Positions 51,285-64,000 are shown, numbered from the stretch's first letter. The stretch: DNA of 64,000 bases from Lytechinus pictus (GCF_037042905.1 NC_087250.1:21392001-21456000), one strand, 5' to 3'. Program-made: numbers and translations. The notes: generated by a model not told the origin, from the sequence alone.

Positions 51285-51815
51285 CAAAAGTGAAACATAT
51301 TTTTTTTGGAAAAGTGAAATATATTATTTTTTAAAAAGTGAAATATATTTTTTTGAAAAGTGAAATATATTTTTTTGAAAAGTGAAATATATTTTTTTGA
51401 AAAGTGAAATATATTTTTTTTGAAAAGTGAAATATATTTTTTTGAAAAGTGAAATATGTATTTTTTTGAAAAGTGAAATATATTTTTTTGAAAAGTGAAA
51501 TATATTTTTTTGAAAAGTGAAATATATTTTTTTGAAAAGTGAAATATATTTTTTTGAAAAGTGAAATATATTTTTTTGAAAAGTGAAATATATTTTTTTG
51601 AAAAGTGAAATATATTTTTTTTGAAAAGTGAAATATATTTTTTGGAAAAGTGAAATATATTTTTTTTTGAAAAGTGAAATATATTTTTTTGAAAAGTGAA
51701 ATATATTTTTTTGAAAAGTGAAATATATTTTTTTTGAAAAGTGAAATATATTTTTTTGAAAAGTGAAATATATTTTTTTTATAAAAGTGAAATATATTTT
51801 TTTGAAAAGTGAAAT
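51285..51815 (-). repeat. Same ~22-bp minisatellite inverted, right arm
   Basis: (GAAAAGTGAAATATATTTTTTT)n, roughly 60 bp longer than the left array. Confidence 0.95.
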
Positions 51816-51989
51816 ATAAATTTCTTTGAGTGAAATGGTTTAGTAGAAGAGAAACATATTTTTTTCAAGTGAAATATATATTTAATTGATTCCCTATAAG
51901 CGTGCCATATTTACCATCAATAACGATACTAGTGTGTCAATAATGTGCCATTGAAATTATATAGTGTAAAGGCAGAGCATGTGACTTAC

Positions 51990-52089
51990 ATGGTAAACAC
52001 ACACGTTGAGATCGCAGGGTGATTTAGTGTCAAGGCGCTGGAGGTGAGAAGTCGCCTTACCATTACACATTGTCCCATATTCCCGGAGC
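51990..52089 (-). CDS. NLR gene, 100-nt penultimate exon (ELREYGTMCNGKATSHLQRLDTKSPCDLNVCVYH)
   Basis: ctttctttcataaatatAG acceptor and CAT|GTAAGT donor. Phase 2 in, phase 0 out, stop-free. Not in the ORF track. Confidence 0.7.
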
Positions 52090-52257
52090 CTATATTTATG
52101 AAAGAAAGTCATGGGTGTAAGAAATCAAAATAAGATGGGGAATGTGTATCGAAATGTTTGCGTGTCTTGTATGTGTATTCTATGGTTGAGGTGGATATGC
52201 TAGTAATATTGGAATGTTTCGTTTGGATGGAAGATATGTTGTTTACTCTATACTTTA

Positions 52258-53041
52258 CAGTGCGTCCCACAAAAAACGAAACCGAGATTTATCGATGATT
52301 TATCATAATTTAATCACAAATACAATAAACAAATGACCTATCATTGTAAAGCTTAGGATCTTCTTATTCATCTGATATTACTAAGATTATTTCTCATTCA
52401 CGCATGAGTGAGCAAAAACAATTTGAAGAGGGGATACCAAAAAGTCATTTGGCGGGCTGTATCTGGGTTTCAAAAAGAAAACCACATTTTTTAAAAGTTC
52501 AATATCTGCTCTTTGATTTGATACCTCAATTACAGAAAATGGTCAAGAAAAAGTTCTGGTTATTTGAAATAGGCTTGAATTTTAATAATTTCATAAAATG
52601 AAGGGGTTTTACAGGCTAGCGTTCAAACTCACTCGACACTTTTGTTAACCATGTGATAGCTTCTTTGGGAAACCGGTGAAAACGCGTTTATTTAATGAAA
52701 TTATGGAAATACAAGCGTTGTTTGAAGGGAACATAACTTTTTTATTTCTTGACCATTTTTTGGTGATTAAGGTATCAAATAAAAGAGCAAATATTGAACT
52801 TTTTAGGCATGTGATGTTCTCTTTGAAATTCAGATACCCCCCGCCAAATGAGTTTGTTGTATCCTTTCTTCAAATTGTTTTTGCTGACTCATGCGTGAAT
52901 ACGGAATAATCTAAGTAATAACAGTTGAAAGGGGAGATTATAAGCTTTACATTGGTAGGTCATTTGTCTATTGCATTTGTTGATAAGTTATGATAAGTCA
53001 TCGCTTAATCACGGTTTCGTTTTTTTTTCTGGGACGCACTG
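52258..53041. mobile_element. 784-bp Tc1/mariner-type MITE in an NLR intron; an end fragment of the family lies at ~8450-8589
   Basis: TA|CAGTGCGTCCCA...TGGGACGCACTG|TA with long imperfect TIRs. Confidence 0.88.
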
Positions 53042-54164
53042 TATAATGCAAAAGTGTTTCAATACCGTTCCATTTGGAGTAAGCGCATTGCACATTATAT
53101 ATAGGATTCCATGAGAGTTTGCAATAACGGATATCAAGATCATGGTTCTCCAAATATCATTTCAAATTGAAACGGAAGTGTCTTGTCTTGAGCTTTAAGC
53201 TTGATATGTTGAACACGCGTTTCGGCGACCACCTCACCCTAACAAATGTAATTGTCTGGCCTGCCGTTAACGTGAGTTGATTATGACGAAGTAAATTATC
53301 TCAATCGAGTTAAAATGAATACATTTTTAGATTTGTATTGGTCGGCTTGGTGAAAAATATAATAAATAAAGACGCAATATACTAGTGATTTTTTTATTAT
53401 AATGCCATTTTAAAGCATGTGATATTCTGATAAATTATGGCTTTTTCGTTTAATTTGCTAAATGATGGGGGTGGCATTGTCAGATCACTTTCATAAGATT
53501 AACAAATTAATTAAAATATAATGTCATTGTCATGTATTTGATATTGTTTTAGAATAGTTTTTAGGCTTAATGATTTTGAATCATTTTGATTAACACAAGC
53601 ACACATCATTTTTATGAAAATCATGCAAATACAATATTGAGAGAAAATTGGGGAAAATACACCAACTTATCGAGTATTCAATATTTCTTACGAGTTTGAA
53701 TTTGGAAAATAATAAATGAAATGGAATCTCTCATTTCAATTGTGGTTTTTAACTTTTACAAACAAATTGTAATTGGTTTAACAGTTTAAGAAGCAGTAAT
53801 GTTAGCACTGCTGCTGATTAGTTACAAAGGGGCCTCTTGTAATGTTAACGTGTTGAGGACCTGTCATATAATTTTCACTGATAATTCTAACAGAAGATAC
53901 ATATGATTAAGAAAATCATAATTCGACTCTACCAATGCTAGATTTTGTTCTCTCATTACATCCAAAAATTATCATTAAGTAGCCTATACAGACATTACAT
54001 ACTACTAGTACATGAATAGAACAACTGCTTTGGATTGACACTTTAATACAATAACATAAAAATAAAGTGTACTGTATTGTGAACACCGTTTGTGAATCAA
54101 ACTACTGCTTTTGATTGATGTGCATGAGTTACAATAACAAATAATGTTTAAAGCAAGAACCTAC

Positions 54165-54682
54165 TCTACACGCTCCATCGTCTTCACATGTCGGCAGCAT
54201 TCAATGAGATAAACCAAGTCACCCTCGTCTGTACACTTCACCTCTTCCAGCATGAGATACTCCAGGTTCCCGGTATGTTCCTTGATGAGCAGACCCAGTC
54301 CTCTCATTGTCTTGCTTGATACATGACTCTTCTCTGATGGGAATGAGTACGGAGTGCGAAGGGTAATGTGTTTGAGATTTTGTCCTCCAGTCCGACGTAG
54401 ACCAGCCGTGATATTGGCTATGTCTCCCTCTGCATCATCGATAATGATTTTGATGTATACCAAAGCAGGGAGTGATGAGATCAGACCTTCATAGCATTGT
54501 GACGTCATTCTCGCAGCTGATAACCTCGCGATAGATGATAGCTCAGGAGGAGATGGAGGGAAATTGATAGATGAGTTTGAGATGGTGAGAGAATTTAGCA
54601 TCGGAAATGATTTAAGACAGGCCCATAGTCCATCTGTCACAGCGGCTGTCATGATAGACTGCTCAAATTGTACATTATAAAC
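54165..54682 (-). CDS. NLR gene, LRR-like exon
   Basis: Acceptor aatAG|GTTTAT (phase 0). LxxLxL-type repeats (MLNSLTISNS, ALVYIKI, NLKHITLR, NLEYLMLEEV). Donor GA|GTAGGT (phase 2) overlaps the apparent stop of the ORF-track ORF. Confidence 0.85.
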
Positions 54683-55133
54683 CTATTAAGAAGATGAAAG
54701 AATAGTTGAAATAAGCAGCATAAGGAGGAGATACAATTGAAACAGTTTTATTTTTTGATGGTAACTGAAGAATCAACGCGTATTATTTAACCAGAATTGA
54801 GTATCGTACCATTTATTTATTATTTCTCATATGACTCTGACCTTCAATAAGCAGAAAAGTTAGTAAAAAAGACCCACACTACCCGGCTTTTATTGTTAAA
54901 ACTCTGATTTTGTTACTGTTTGATCATAGTGTATGGTTCATCCATTTATGTATTCGTCTTTATCTGTTATGCTACTGCTGATTCGTAACGTTTAATTTTA
55001 AATGATTACATCGGTCAACACTGCGCTATTTGGTATAACATAAGTAGGCCTATACTGTATGATATATGAAGTATAAGCTTTATTGACTGTATGGACTTAT
55101 TTCTCTAGAAATCATTATCTGACATTAGATTAC

Positions 55134-56713
55134 CCTCTCTTTCAGCTCACGTGGAAGATTTCGCATCCCAACAACAGTATACACTGTTGGTGACTTTAAG
55201 ATCATACGTCGTGACGTCACACATCTTCGTACCAATGATGACACATTCCCATCGTTGACCACAGACTCTGATGAACAATCTAGGAGAATACGATATCGCT
55301 CACTCTCAGATAAATAAGTATTTGTAAGGACGCTCTCCATTATTCTAATGCAGAGATTGCTCTTCGTACCAGAAGCAAATCGAATAAGATTTTCATATTC
55401 TCCAATGCTTGTATTTATATCTCGCAGTACTCGGTCTAACTTACTGAACTTCAACAGGAAAAGAAAGCGGTTTGTTTCATCAGCAAGATACTTTCCTGCT
55501 GCATGTTCTTGAGCAAGTTTGTGATAAAACTCAATAGTAGTTATGGTAGTCGAAAATGCTTTGTCAAGTTGTGGAAGGCGTCTGGTTGAAACAACAGTCT
55601 TTGAGACTATTCCTAGGGCGCATGCCATATCAAGAATAGAGGGAACTCTCTGAAAATCACAAGACGAGAAAACTAACTTCTTAGCATCATTGAGCAGACC
55701 AGTGAGAGCAATTTCTCCCAGTTTCAGTATTATTTTGTTTAGTTGTTTGGGAGTTTTTATCAAGCCAGGTGTCCGGGCATTTGCATGGAGCATTAAGAAT
55801 ACGTTAACTTGGTCGAGTAATGCTGTTTGAGTTGTAATGTCACGCTGAGGTTGGTCTTCAGACCACAAGTGACAGACCATGAGGCAAAATAGCGGAGTTT
55901 TTACGAGTTCCTCAATTAGGGGTTGCTCATCAAGGTAAACTTTCAGATCATCCGCTTTCATAGGTTTCTGAACAGAAGTAAAGAACCTGTCAATGTAATC
56001 GCGTGCGTTCTCTCGCGAGAATCCTTCGATCTCCATCTTTGTGTACACCCTTGGTAGATCCCCTTGACTAAAAATGTCTTCTAGGTGAGGTCGTGTTGTT
56101 ACAATAACTCGACATTGTGGAAACATTTCCCTGCGGAGAATTCTCATGATATTGCTTGAGGAAGAGATACCCGCATACTCATCGAGACCATCTAGTACAA
56201 TATTACAGATTCCCTGATGCTGTCTGATGAAACTTTCTAGCCCCTCTGGCGTCAGATCGTCAACATCACTCAGGAGTTGTGATATGATGGCTTCTCCGAT
56301 CGATGTACTGTGACTTGTGTTTCGAAACTTGACTACGAACAGAAGTGGCAAGTCTTCTAATCCTGACCCTTCCTCTCTGTGAACCCAGTCGTGCGCCATC
56401 TTAGCGACAGCTGTCGTCTTTCCTCGTCCAGCCGGAGCCGAAATAAGGATTCGTGATGGAAGACTCCCGTTTACTTTTGCTGAAAATATTTTTCCAACAG
56501 AGCCTTGAAGTATTTGTTTTTCCTTAGTATTTATTCTTTGAGCGTCCTTCTTTACCATGGTAACAACGGTGTGCATATCTTCAAACTCTGCATAATCATC
56601 TTTGTCCCACGGTTTCATTTGAATTTTACATAGCTGATTCGAATATTTGTCCTCCAAGATTGTGCGACATTTTCGAACAGTCAGAGATTCCGATATCTTC
56701 TCACTGTAGACAT
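55134..56713 (-). CDS. NLR gene, NACHT NTPase exon
   Basis: Walker A ILISAPAGRGKTT, Walker B IVLDGLDEY, sensor-1 VIVTTRP, KTPLFCLMVC, winged-helix FYHKLAQEHAAGKYL. Acceptor ttccAG|AT (phase 1) and donor AGG|GTAATC (phase 0). Confidence 0.95.
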
Positions 56714-57002
56714 CTGGAATAATAAACAAGGGACCAAAATGAGTTCAACCACTTGCTATCTGACTCCTGGAGAAACATATGAACATAACATAGGGAGGGG
56801 ACAATTGCTGACTCAAGATAAGAAATGTCGTTTGTCGTTTGTAATGATTACGAAGATTTGTTAATACTTAGCGTGCTATAGTCTACTTCATCAGAAGTCA
56901 CGAAAATTGCGCCATTTTGTAAAGGTAATGTATTTTAGAACACCGGCTGTTTTGCCAAAGATGTAAAAAAAAAATCCGGCTATGGCCAAAATCTGGCTCG
57001 TT

Positions 57003-57410
57003 GTAAAATGGCAGAGGTAAAAGTGACAAAGGTAAAAATGGCAGAGGAATAAATAGCAGCGATAATAACGGCAGAGGTAAAATGATAACATTTGAGTTGG
57101 TATTTCTTGTTTTTTTCCTGGACTTACATGCACGACCTTTTCATGTGAAATCGCTCTTCTAACATTCAAATTAGAAGATCCCAAATATTGTACTTAATTC
57201 ATTACAGGGGAAATTCACACTGACATAAAGTGTATTGAAATGATATTGGTGAGGGTTTTTGGTAATCCATCAAAGATTTAAAAAGCTACTAAAATTTTAC
57301 ATGTTAATTACCTCTGCAATTATTACTTCTGCCTTTTTTACCTCTGCCATTTTTACCTATGCCATTATTACCTCTGCCATGTTTCCTCTGCCATTTTTAC
57401 CTGGCACCGT
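57003..57410. repeat. Inverted arrays of a ~15-bp motif (GGCAGAGGTAAAA versus TTTTACCTCTGCC), MITE-like
   Basis: About 5 units at 57003-57085 and about 7 inverted units at 57308-57405. Confidence 0.7.
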
Positions 57411-58087
57411 TATGGATTGCCAAGCAGTCAAGCTAAGCTTATAGTTGCAACACCTGCAGGGTTGTTAAATCGTTACGTCATACATACATGGTTATCTCTT
57501 TTAATCACAAATATTTTTTAATGTACCTGTTTCATTGCTTTTTTATGTTTATATAAAAGATATTCAGAAATCAATTAAATGAAACGAAATGAATTGCTAC
57601 CAAAATTAATATTTTATTCAGTATTCTATGTTCATTTTCAGAGTTGCAATCGATAAGACTCTCGTTAAAGAGGCTAATGATACTTAAGTTGAATCGAGAT
57701 CCGTTGCCAGTATTTACGTGTCATGATCAGTAAGATTTTTATGTTATAAAATGAACATGTTTAGCAAAGCAAGGAGCAGATATAACAATACAACCATTAT
57801 AATATTTTAGCAACAATCTAAAGATAATTGTAAATGAATGTAAATACATGTAAGGTAAATCATGCGACAATTCATAGATGGTCTCATAACACATGTAAAA
57901 ATTGATATAGGTATAGATGAAATTCAGTACGGGTATATCATTTTGTCTGTATTTATTGGGGATATATTTCATGATGATAAAAAATATTGTATTCATTTTG
58001 TCATTTCATTTTTTCAAAATTAAATGAAACGTTACTGAACATCTACAAATGAAGGTCTGAAAGTTAAACAGATTTCAGTCTTCATAC

Positions 58088-58126
58088 CTGATTTGCGTGG
58101 TATTGGTACTTCCACTCGGTATTCAC
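58088..58126 (-). CDS. NLR gene, 39-nt linker micro-exon (GEYRVEVPIPRKS)
   Basis: tctttAG|GTGAATAC...AAATCAG|GTATGA. Symmetric phase 1-1 and stop-free in the frame joining the DEATH and NACHT exons. Confidence 0.6.
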
Positions 58127-59018
58127 CTAAAGACATTAAGAAAAGCAACGTTATGTTAAATGGAAATGTTATACTAACTAGTAATAAAAATATACCTTCT
58201 GAAGTAGTTATATGTTTATATTGTCTAATGTTTGAAGAAATATACCCCGATGTATATCCATAGATATCTCACGGTGTAGAAGGTCAGTATGTTAAGGATG
58301 AGTTCGTCCTGTTTCCATTTGCATAGCTACGTTCATGTTTTTAACGTTATGAATTGCAAAAGTAGAAAGTAGTTATGTATATGTGCAAGGAGGTAAATCG
58401 TTTGGAATAAGAAATACACCTTGCAACAACCCCCCCCCCTCCGAAAAAAAAAAAAACGAAAATTCCTCTTCAGATGAACATAATCATTTCGTCTTATCGA
58501 ACTCAGGGGATTGAGATTTTTAAAGAGGGGTGCTGGTTTGTTTACAAGTACTCTTCCCCCAAAAAATAAATAAACACAATTGAACAATTAGATACCTAGA
58601 ATTTTAAACAGAGATCGCTCAAAATTACAAATTTCAAGCTATTTTGATAATGCAATATTTGAAAACAAGAACAAACATATCAAAGCGTTTTGTTCCAAAA
58701 GGACGAAGATTTTGATCGAATCCCAACGTGTAATTTCCTGGGGGTGCTTCACCTCCCCCCTTCTCCCCCACCAGTTCATATGGCTATGATTGAATTCCTT
58801 TTCAGAATATAATGACTGTTGAAATTGTGCTGGGCTAAAGTTTGGTGGAGTCCCATGAAGTTTTTTATGTACAAAGTGCATGGAACCTTCGAGAGAACTG
58901 GATCAGTTCAATTTTTTTGTCGGCTATTTCTCATGGCAAACACCGGTTCTTCAGATCATCACAAAAAGCAGACTTCCAAACTTTGGGACGGTTTTCTCAA
59001 TAATTGTTCAACTACATA

Positions 59019-59629
59019 CCGTATGGGTATTAGTATTCAACCCGGCATAATTCAAAGATTTTGACATATTCCCCAAAATATTTAGAAATAGGGAATTTAT
59101 CTTAATTTCATACCTTTGTTATTTCCAGGGTAATCTGTTGTCGATATTTTCTTTGTCAATCTGTCGACTGTATGCGCGGAGGATCAAATTATGCGGCGAT
59201 GGCCTTTTGCACTGAATGGTACTAGTATTCAACCTAGTGAGGATTGATAGCAAATCTCAAAAGGGGTTAGATTGCTAAATTAGATCTAGATCTATGTAAG
59301 TCTCTGGCTTTGATTAATTCCCTGTTTGGTCTCATCTCAAATGGTATAGTCCATAGTCGGATGGGACAAGGGCAGATTGAGAGACAGGGCCATCTTTCAT
59401 CGCTAGGTTGAATACTAGTGCCGACGGGTTGAATACTAGTACCAAAATCCGTCGCCGTATAATTCGATCGCCCGCGCACACAGTCAACTGGTTGAAGAAA
59501 AAAATAACGGAAAAAGAATAACCAGCATTTGCTCTTGAAAATAAGACGGGTCTGAAATTCAGGTAAATTCTATATTTCTATATATTTGAGGAAACTCTCC
59601 AAACGGGTTGAATACTAGTGCCCTTACGG
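59019..59629. mobile_element. 611-bp palindromic TA-TSD MITE
   Basis: TA|CCGTATGGGTATTAGTATTCAACCCG...CGGGTTGAATACTAGTGCCCTTACGG|TA, with internal copies of ACTAGTATTCAACC. Confidence 0.8.
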
Positions 59630-59634
59630 TATAT

Positions 59635-60409
59635 GACGAGTTTAGTTGCAAAAGGGGTTAGGTACACTTTTTACCATTCCGAGAAAAAACATCTATTTTA
59701 TTCTCACTTAATGCAATATTCTTATGAGAAACTAAATTGTCATGATGTACTACCCTATCATGTGAACATAAAACCGGGTATAAAATAAATCTACCTGTTT
59801 TCAAGGTTTATCATTGTAGACCCACCCTCTTTTGCAAGTAAACTGAAATGAATCCAGTCTATTTTGACCTTTTATTCACGTTTTCATGTGACTTTCAAAT
59901 TTTCGCTGTTTTCATCAGAACGATTAAAAATTTAAAGGTCTGGAGACAGTAAACAATAAAAAGTTATGAACAATGGACCTAATCCCTTTTGACAAATGGG
60001 CTCTTCAGAATAGTTTGTTTTAAGGGGTTAGGTCCACTCCAAGAAAATCATTTTTTATTCTCCCATATTAAAATATTCTTATGCGAAACTCAGTTTTCAT
60101 GATACTCTACCATGAGAACATAAAATTGGGAAAAAAGGAATCTACCTGTCTTCATATTTTTTAACTATTCTTTCCACAAAAAAATATGTGTGGACCTAAC
60201 CCCTCATTTGCAACCAAACTGAAATGGACCTAACCCCTTTTGAAAAAAGGTGATTTTTCTTTGCCATTTTAGATCACTTTCTAATAGGAATTTCAACGTT
60301 TCTTTGGCATCATCTTAATATACAGCTACTAAAAATCGATACATTGAGACAAACAAAAAATCAAATTTGATGAAAAATGGACCTAACCCCTTTTGCAAGG
60401 GAGTTTGTC
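59635..60409. mobile_element. 775-bp TIR element with ATAT TSD (Sola-like)
   Basis: ATAT|GACGAGTTTAGTTGCAAAAGGGGTTAGGT...ACCTAACCCCTTTTGCAAGGGAGTTTGTC|ATAT, with repeated GGACCTAACCCC motifs. Confidence 0.75.
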
Positions 60410-60672
60410 ATATGTATCGGGAACTGATCCAATCTGATATCCGATTTCCCGTTGTCCCCCTGCAATTTAGAAGGGTCAAACGTCAAAATGCAAAATGTTT
60501 CCAGCGTTCACATTATCATTTTACCATGTTACAACAAAACCAATGAACAACATCAAACTTACCTATCACCCCAAACCCAGGAAAACAGTAAAATGATACT
60601 AAGTAAACAATAACAAATCCCGATGGCCAAATAAACAAATGTAATATATGGTTAAGTAATGTGTGTGATTAC

Positions 60673-60949
60673 CTTGGAATATTTTTCCTGCTAATCCACC
60701 CAGATCTACCTCTTCAAGCTTTCCTGCCAGGATTGATCGTGACTGACTTGGATTGGTTTGTGTCTTATTCCAATCGAATAAAACCTGCATTAAAGCTTCT
60801 TTGTATCTTGATTGATGACTAGCAAGAATTGTCTGACCCTCAGTATAGGATGAACCCAAGGCTACGCAGAATTCTGAGTAACTGTTGTGAGGTATGTCTT
60901 TGGCAAGACGGGTTATCTCGACCTGCAGTAAAGGTGGTAATGGTTCCAT
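60673..60949 (-). CDS. NLR gene, first identified coding exon: DEATH-fold domain
   Basis: Reads MEPLPPLLQVEITRLAKDIP...FCVALG...EALMQVLFDWNK...ILAGKLEEVDLGGLAGKI, a death-domain pattern. Acceptor ttttAG gives exon start 60966. Donor CAAG|GTAATC is phase 1. The 17 nt before the ATG are open in frame, so an upstream coding exon is not excluded. Confidence 0.8.
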
Positions 60950-61035
60950 TTTTATATAGGATAGACCTAAAATGAATCATGAGAAAAAAAACACATTAGC
61001 ATTTGACTATTATAATTAATGTATCCTCTTTTCTA

Positions 61036-61335
61036 AAGCCCCAGTCACATATAGACCCCAGACCATCCCGGATCTGATCCGGGGTGGTCCGGAGAGGTCC
61101 GGGGAGAGACCCGTGTTGGCGCCTTGGGCATCCTTCGAGGTCCGTGGTGGTCCTTGAACGTCCGGGAGGCCAACACGGCAGTTTTTAACTGTCAAAAACA
61201 TCCGGCGTCATCCGTTGACTGCCGGGTAGACAAGCAATCCAGGATGGTCCGTGTAGCTGACGTGTTGGTCCGTGTAGCTGACGTGTTAGTCCGTGTAGGT
61301 CAGTGTAGTTGTAGTGTAGGTCCGTGTAGCTGCCT
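61036..61335. mobile_element. GC-rich MITE fragment with 21-bp tandem repeat GGTCCGTGTAGCTGACGTGTT
   Basis: Begins AGCCCCAGTCACATATA. No matching right end seen. Confidence 0.45.
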
Positions 61336-62138
61336 GGAGTACATAGCTAATTATTGTTAATTGAGAAGAATTTCTGTTCAATGACATGGCTTGAAATGCA
61401 GGAGCATCGATTGACATTACTACTATTATTATATTATTATTATTTCAGCAATGAATAGTTTATCGAATTGGTGCAATGTAATATAACACATGAAGTACAG
61501 ATTGAGAACCTACTAGACTGCCAGGGTCAAATAAAGTTAACTGAATAATTGTAGTCAATAAAGACCATTTGGCCCTATCCAGTGGGTGCTTACATAAAAG
61601 CAAAATCTAAGAACTGATCGATGGTAATACTACGAGCAAGGATTATAAAAAATGGACAAGGTACAAAATAATGAAGATAGTTGTCTCACGTTGCTTTGTC
61701 TTGAAACAGATACCTGGGATGAACTTGGCCTGTTGATAGTATTTTATAACAAAACTGTTAATGTAATTGATACTATTGATCGAAAGGCAATGACTATTTG
61801 TATACCGGTTTTCCGGCCTCGCCTGGGTGGTCCATATCGTTCTCACGCTCTGTATTTTCTCATCGACATTTTACAAAGCTATATCTTCATGGGTGCCTGG
61901 GATTCAAAAATATTAAGTAAATTTATTGGCGGTAAGAACAGCTTACTGCCGCAAAGTTTTAGATTTCGGTAAACTTAGTTATAGTATAATTTTAATACTA
62001 CACAATGTGTAATTATTCGGTCCAAGGCAAATTGGATCGAATAAGAAGAAAAGGTTATAAATATTTTCTTACACTAGAAAAACAACGTACATTTAATTCT
62101 ACTGTCCGAAGACTTTTAAACGAAGATGATATTATTAA

Positions 62139-62721
62139 AGGAGAATGAAACTCTTGGAGCAAGTTAGCTTTTGTGAAAGCAGAAAAATCAAAGAATAAGA
62201 TCAACAAAACTTTGAGTAAAATAGGACTAGCAATAAAAGAGTTATGAGCATTTGAATGTCGAGATCACTAATGCTATGGAGATCCTCCCATTGGCAATGC
62301 GACCAAGATCTGTGATGTCACACACGTACAACTCTCCCATTTGGACACTGAAAATATACCCCAAAACATCTCTTTTTGCTCATTCTAATCATATGACAAA
62401 CGATTCATCAATGATATAATGTTGTGAAACCTCTGTACTTGTCATCTCATAAAGAGAACACCTCACCTTGTGATAGACTCTATAAAAGTGAGAATATAAG
62501 TGAAATAAGTACTAAAGTAATGAGGGAGTTGTACGTGTGTGATATCACAGATCTTGGTCGCATTGCCGTTGGGAGGATCTACATGGCACTAGTGATCTCA
62601 ATATTCGAATGCTCATAACTTTCTTATTATTCATTCAATCTTCCTCAAACTTTCAACAATATGTTTCTTTGATTTTTCTCTTTGATATGGATTCAGCTGG
62701 TTTCAAGGGTTTCATTCTCCT
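62139..62721. mobile_element. 583-bp TTAA-TSD element with ~200-bp imperfect TIRs (Kolobok-like)
   Basis: TTAA|AGGAGAATGAAAC...GTTTCATTCTCCT|TTAA. 62240-62340 is inverted at 62520-62620. Confidence 0.87.
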
Positions 62722-63269
62722 TTAAAGACGGAAAGGATTTTTAATAAAACATGACACACGTTAACAGGCAGTTGTATAAAAAACAAAACGTAAACACAAC
62801 AGATGAGAATGCAAATATTTTATTTTAAACAAGAGGACATAGATTATCTGAATCTTCCGCCAAGTCATGTGATGGGCTCATCACTGAGCATGAGCGTAAG
62901 AAAGTATTGACGGAAATTAATGTGGAAAGATCTTAAAGATCTTATCCTTTCGTAGTTTACATTCAATGGGTTATCATTATTGTGTAGTATTTATTTTGCC
63001 TTTTCAAATGTTCTGGTTCGTTATACATCAATGAGGTTTACGTCGTGTTCTGTTTTTGTCTGCTTGTCTGACCATTCTACTTAGTGTATTCAGATCTTTC
63101 TTGCCACAGCTTGTGTACCAAACCACACAATGAAATATGACGATGCTCTCATTGAGTGAGTGGAATTACTTCAATTTTCTTATCCGTTGCATTGCTTTCT
63201 TGTGAATTGAATTGCTCTAATCTCCCCACTTTAAACAATCGTCAATATGGTACCTAGGTATTTTAACTT

Positions 63270-63745
63270 ATGAACTATTTCAATTCCCTCTTCATTGATT
63301 CTCTTCAATGAGGTGACATTTGACGAAATTGATTAAGATGATAAAATGTGCAGTTACCTTGGGTATAGAAAAACAAAATCGAGAATGAAATTTTGCAAAA
63401 TACTGTTTTCAGCGTTTGTTTTGATTAAATGCACCAAACTCGACTAAAATTTAAGATCTACGTAATCTTAAAAATCTACGTAATCTTAAAAAGCATCAGA
63501 ATCGAAAGGTCTAAAATTGTATGGAAACGCGTTTTACCATCCGGGGACATTGGAAAAAATGAAATATTTCGTGATGTAATACTATTAATTCATACGTCGA
63601 TACTGGAGAACAACGAAAATGGGATTTTATGAATTATTTCGATGTCCTCTTCACTGATACTCTTCAATTAGGTGACCTTTGACGAAATTCATTAAGATGA
63701 TGAAATTGCAGTTACCTTGGATATAGGACGTTTTCAACGTTCGTT
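63270..63745 (+). repeat. Diverged local duplication of ~100 bp (~63270-63370 and ~63630-63730)
   Basis: CTCTTCAAT.AGGTGAC.TTTGACGAAATT.ATTAAGATGAT...GCAGTTACCTTGG occurs twice. Confidence 0.7.
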
Positions 63746-64000
63746 GTTATTAAATTCACTTCACCAACATGTAAGTCTACATTAGATAATTAATACAATT
63801 AAGATACTAACAAATGTTGATGATAAACCTTTACAAGGAATATATTGCAATTTAAAGTTTTGTTTTGTTTTGTTTTTCCTTCTTAACTGTGCATTTTGTA
63901 ATATTTGTGGGTCCAGGCTCGATTAGCACTTGTGCTATTTTGTGGTCCCATTTACCATCGTATTTTTATACATGTACATGTGTAACTGATGTGCAATTTG

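Larger units (their letters stand above)
46639..51909. mobile_element. 5.27 kb palindromic (foldback) non-autonomous transposon, IS3EU-like by termini and TSD
   Basis: TTTACC|TATGGCACG...CGTGCCATA|TTTACC gives a 6-bp TSD with TAY..RTA ends. The arms are reverse complements up to a ~40-bp centre at ~49238-49277. Confidence 0.85.

Noticed and set aside
46633..51915. Polinton/Maverick (also 6-bp TSD, long TIRs)
   Set aside because: Termini are TATGG rather than AG-starting, and no polymerase, integrase or capsid sequence is present.
55125..56729. Stand-alone single-exon NACHT gene as drawn in the ORF track
   Set aside because: The start is a TTG inside the intron. Phase-compatible splice sites link it to DEATH and LRR exons.

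Overview
AT-rich, intron-containing animal genomic DNA, probably a sea urchin or other echinoderm (inferred from the DEATH-NACHT-LRR gene architecture and the repeat types). One host gene is supported: a minus-strand NLR immune receptor with six coding exons between 60949 and 41400, all GT-AG and phase-compatible, giving 2562 nt or 853 aa. The rest is non-coding and dense in repeats: (1) three diverged tandem copies of a ~3.5 kb block at 1-16550 that carry different nested transposon insertions; (2) a cluster at 18.5-25.2 kb of a 409-bp tandem/inverted, (TA)n-associated element, each unit carrying a tRNA cloverleaf with a UCA (opal-reading) anticodon and a T-run terminator; (3) a 5.27 kb almost fully palindromic element with TATGG...CCATA ends and a 6-bp TSD inside the last NLR intron; (4) many non-autonomous DNA transposons, SINEs and LINE fragments. 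Transposon superfamily names are inferred from termini and TSDs only. No database search was possible.
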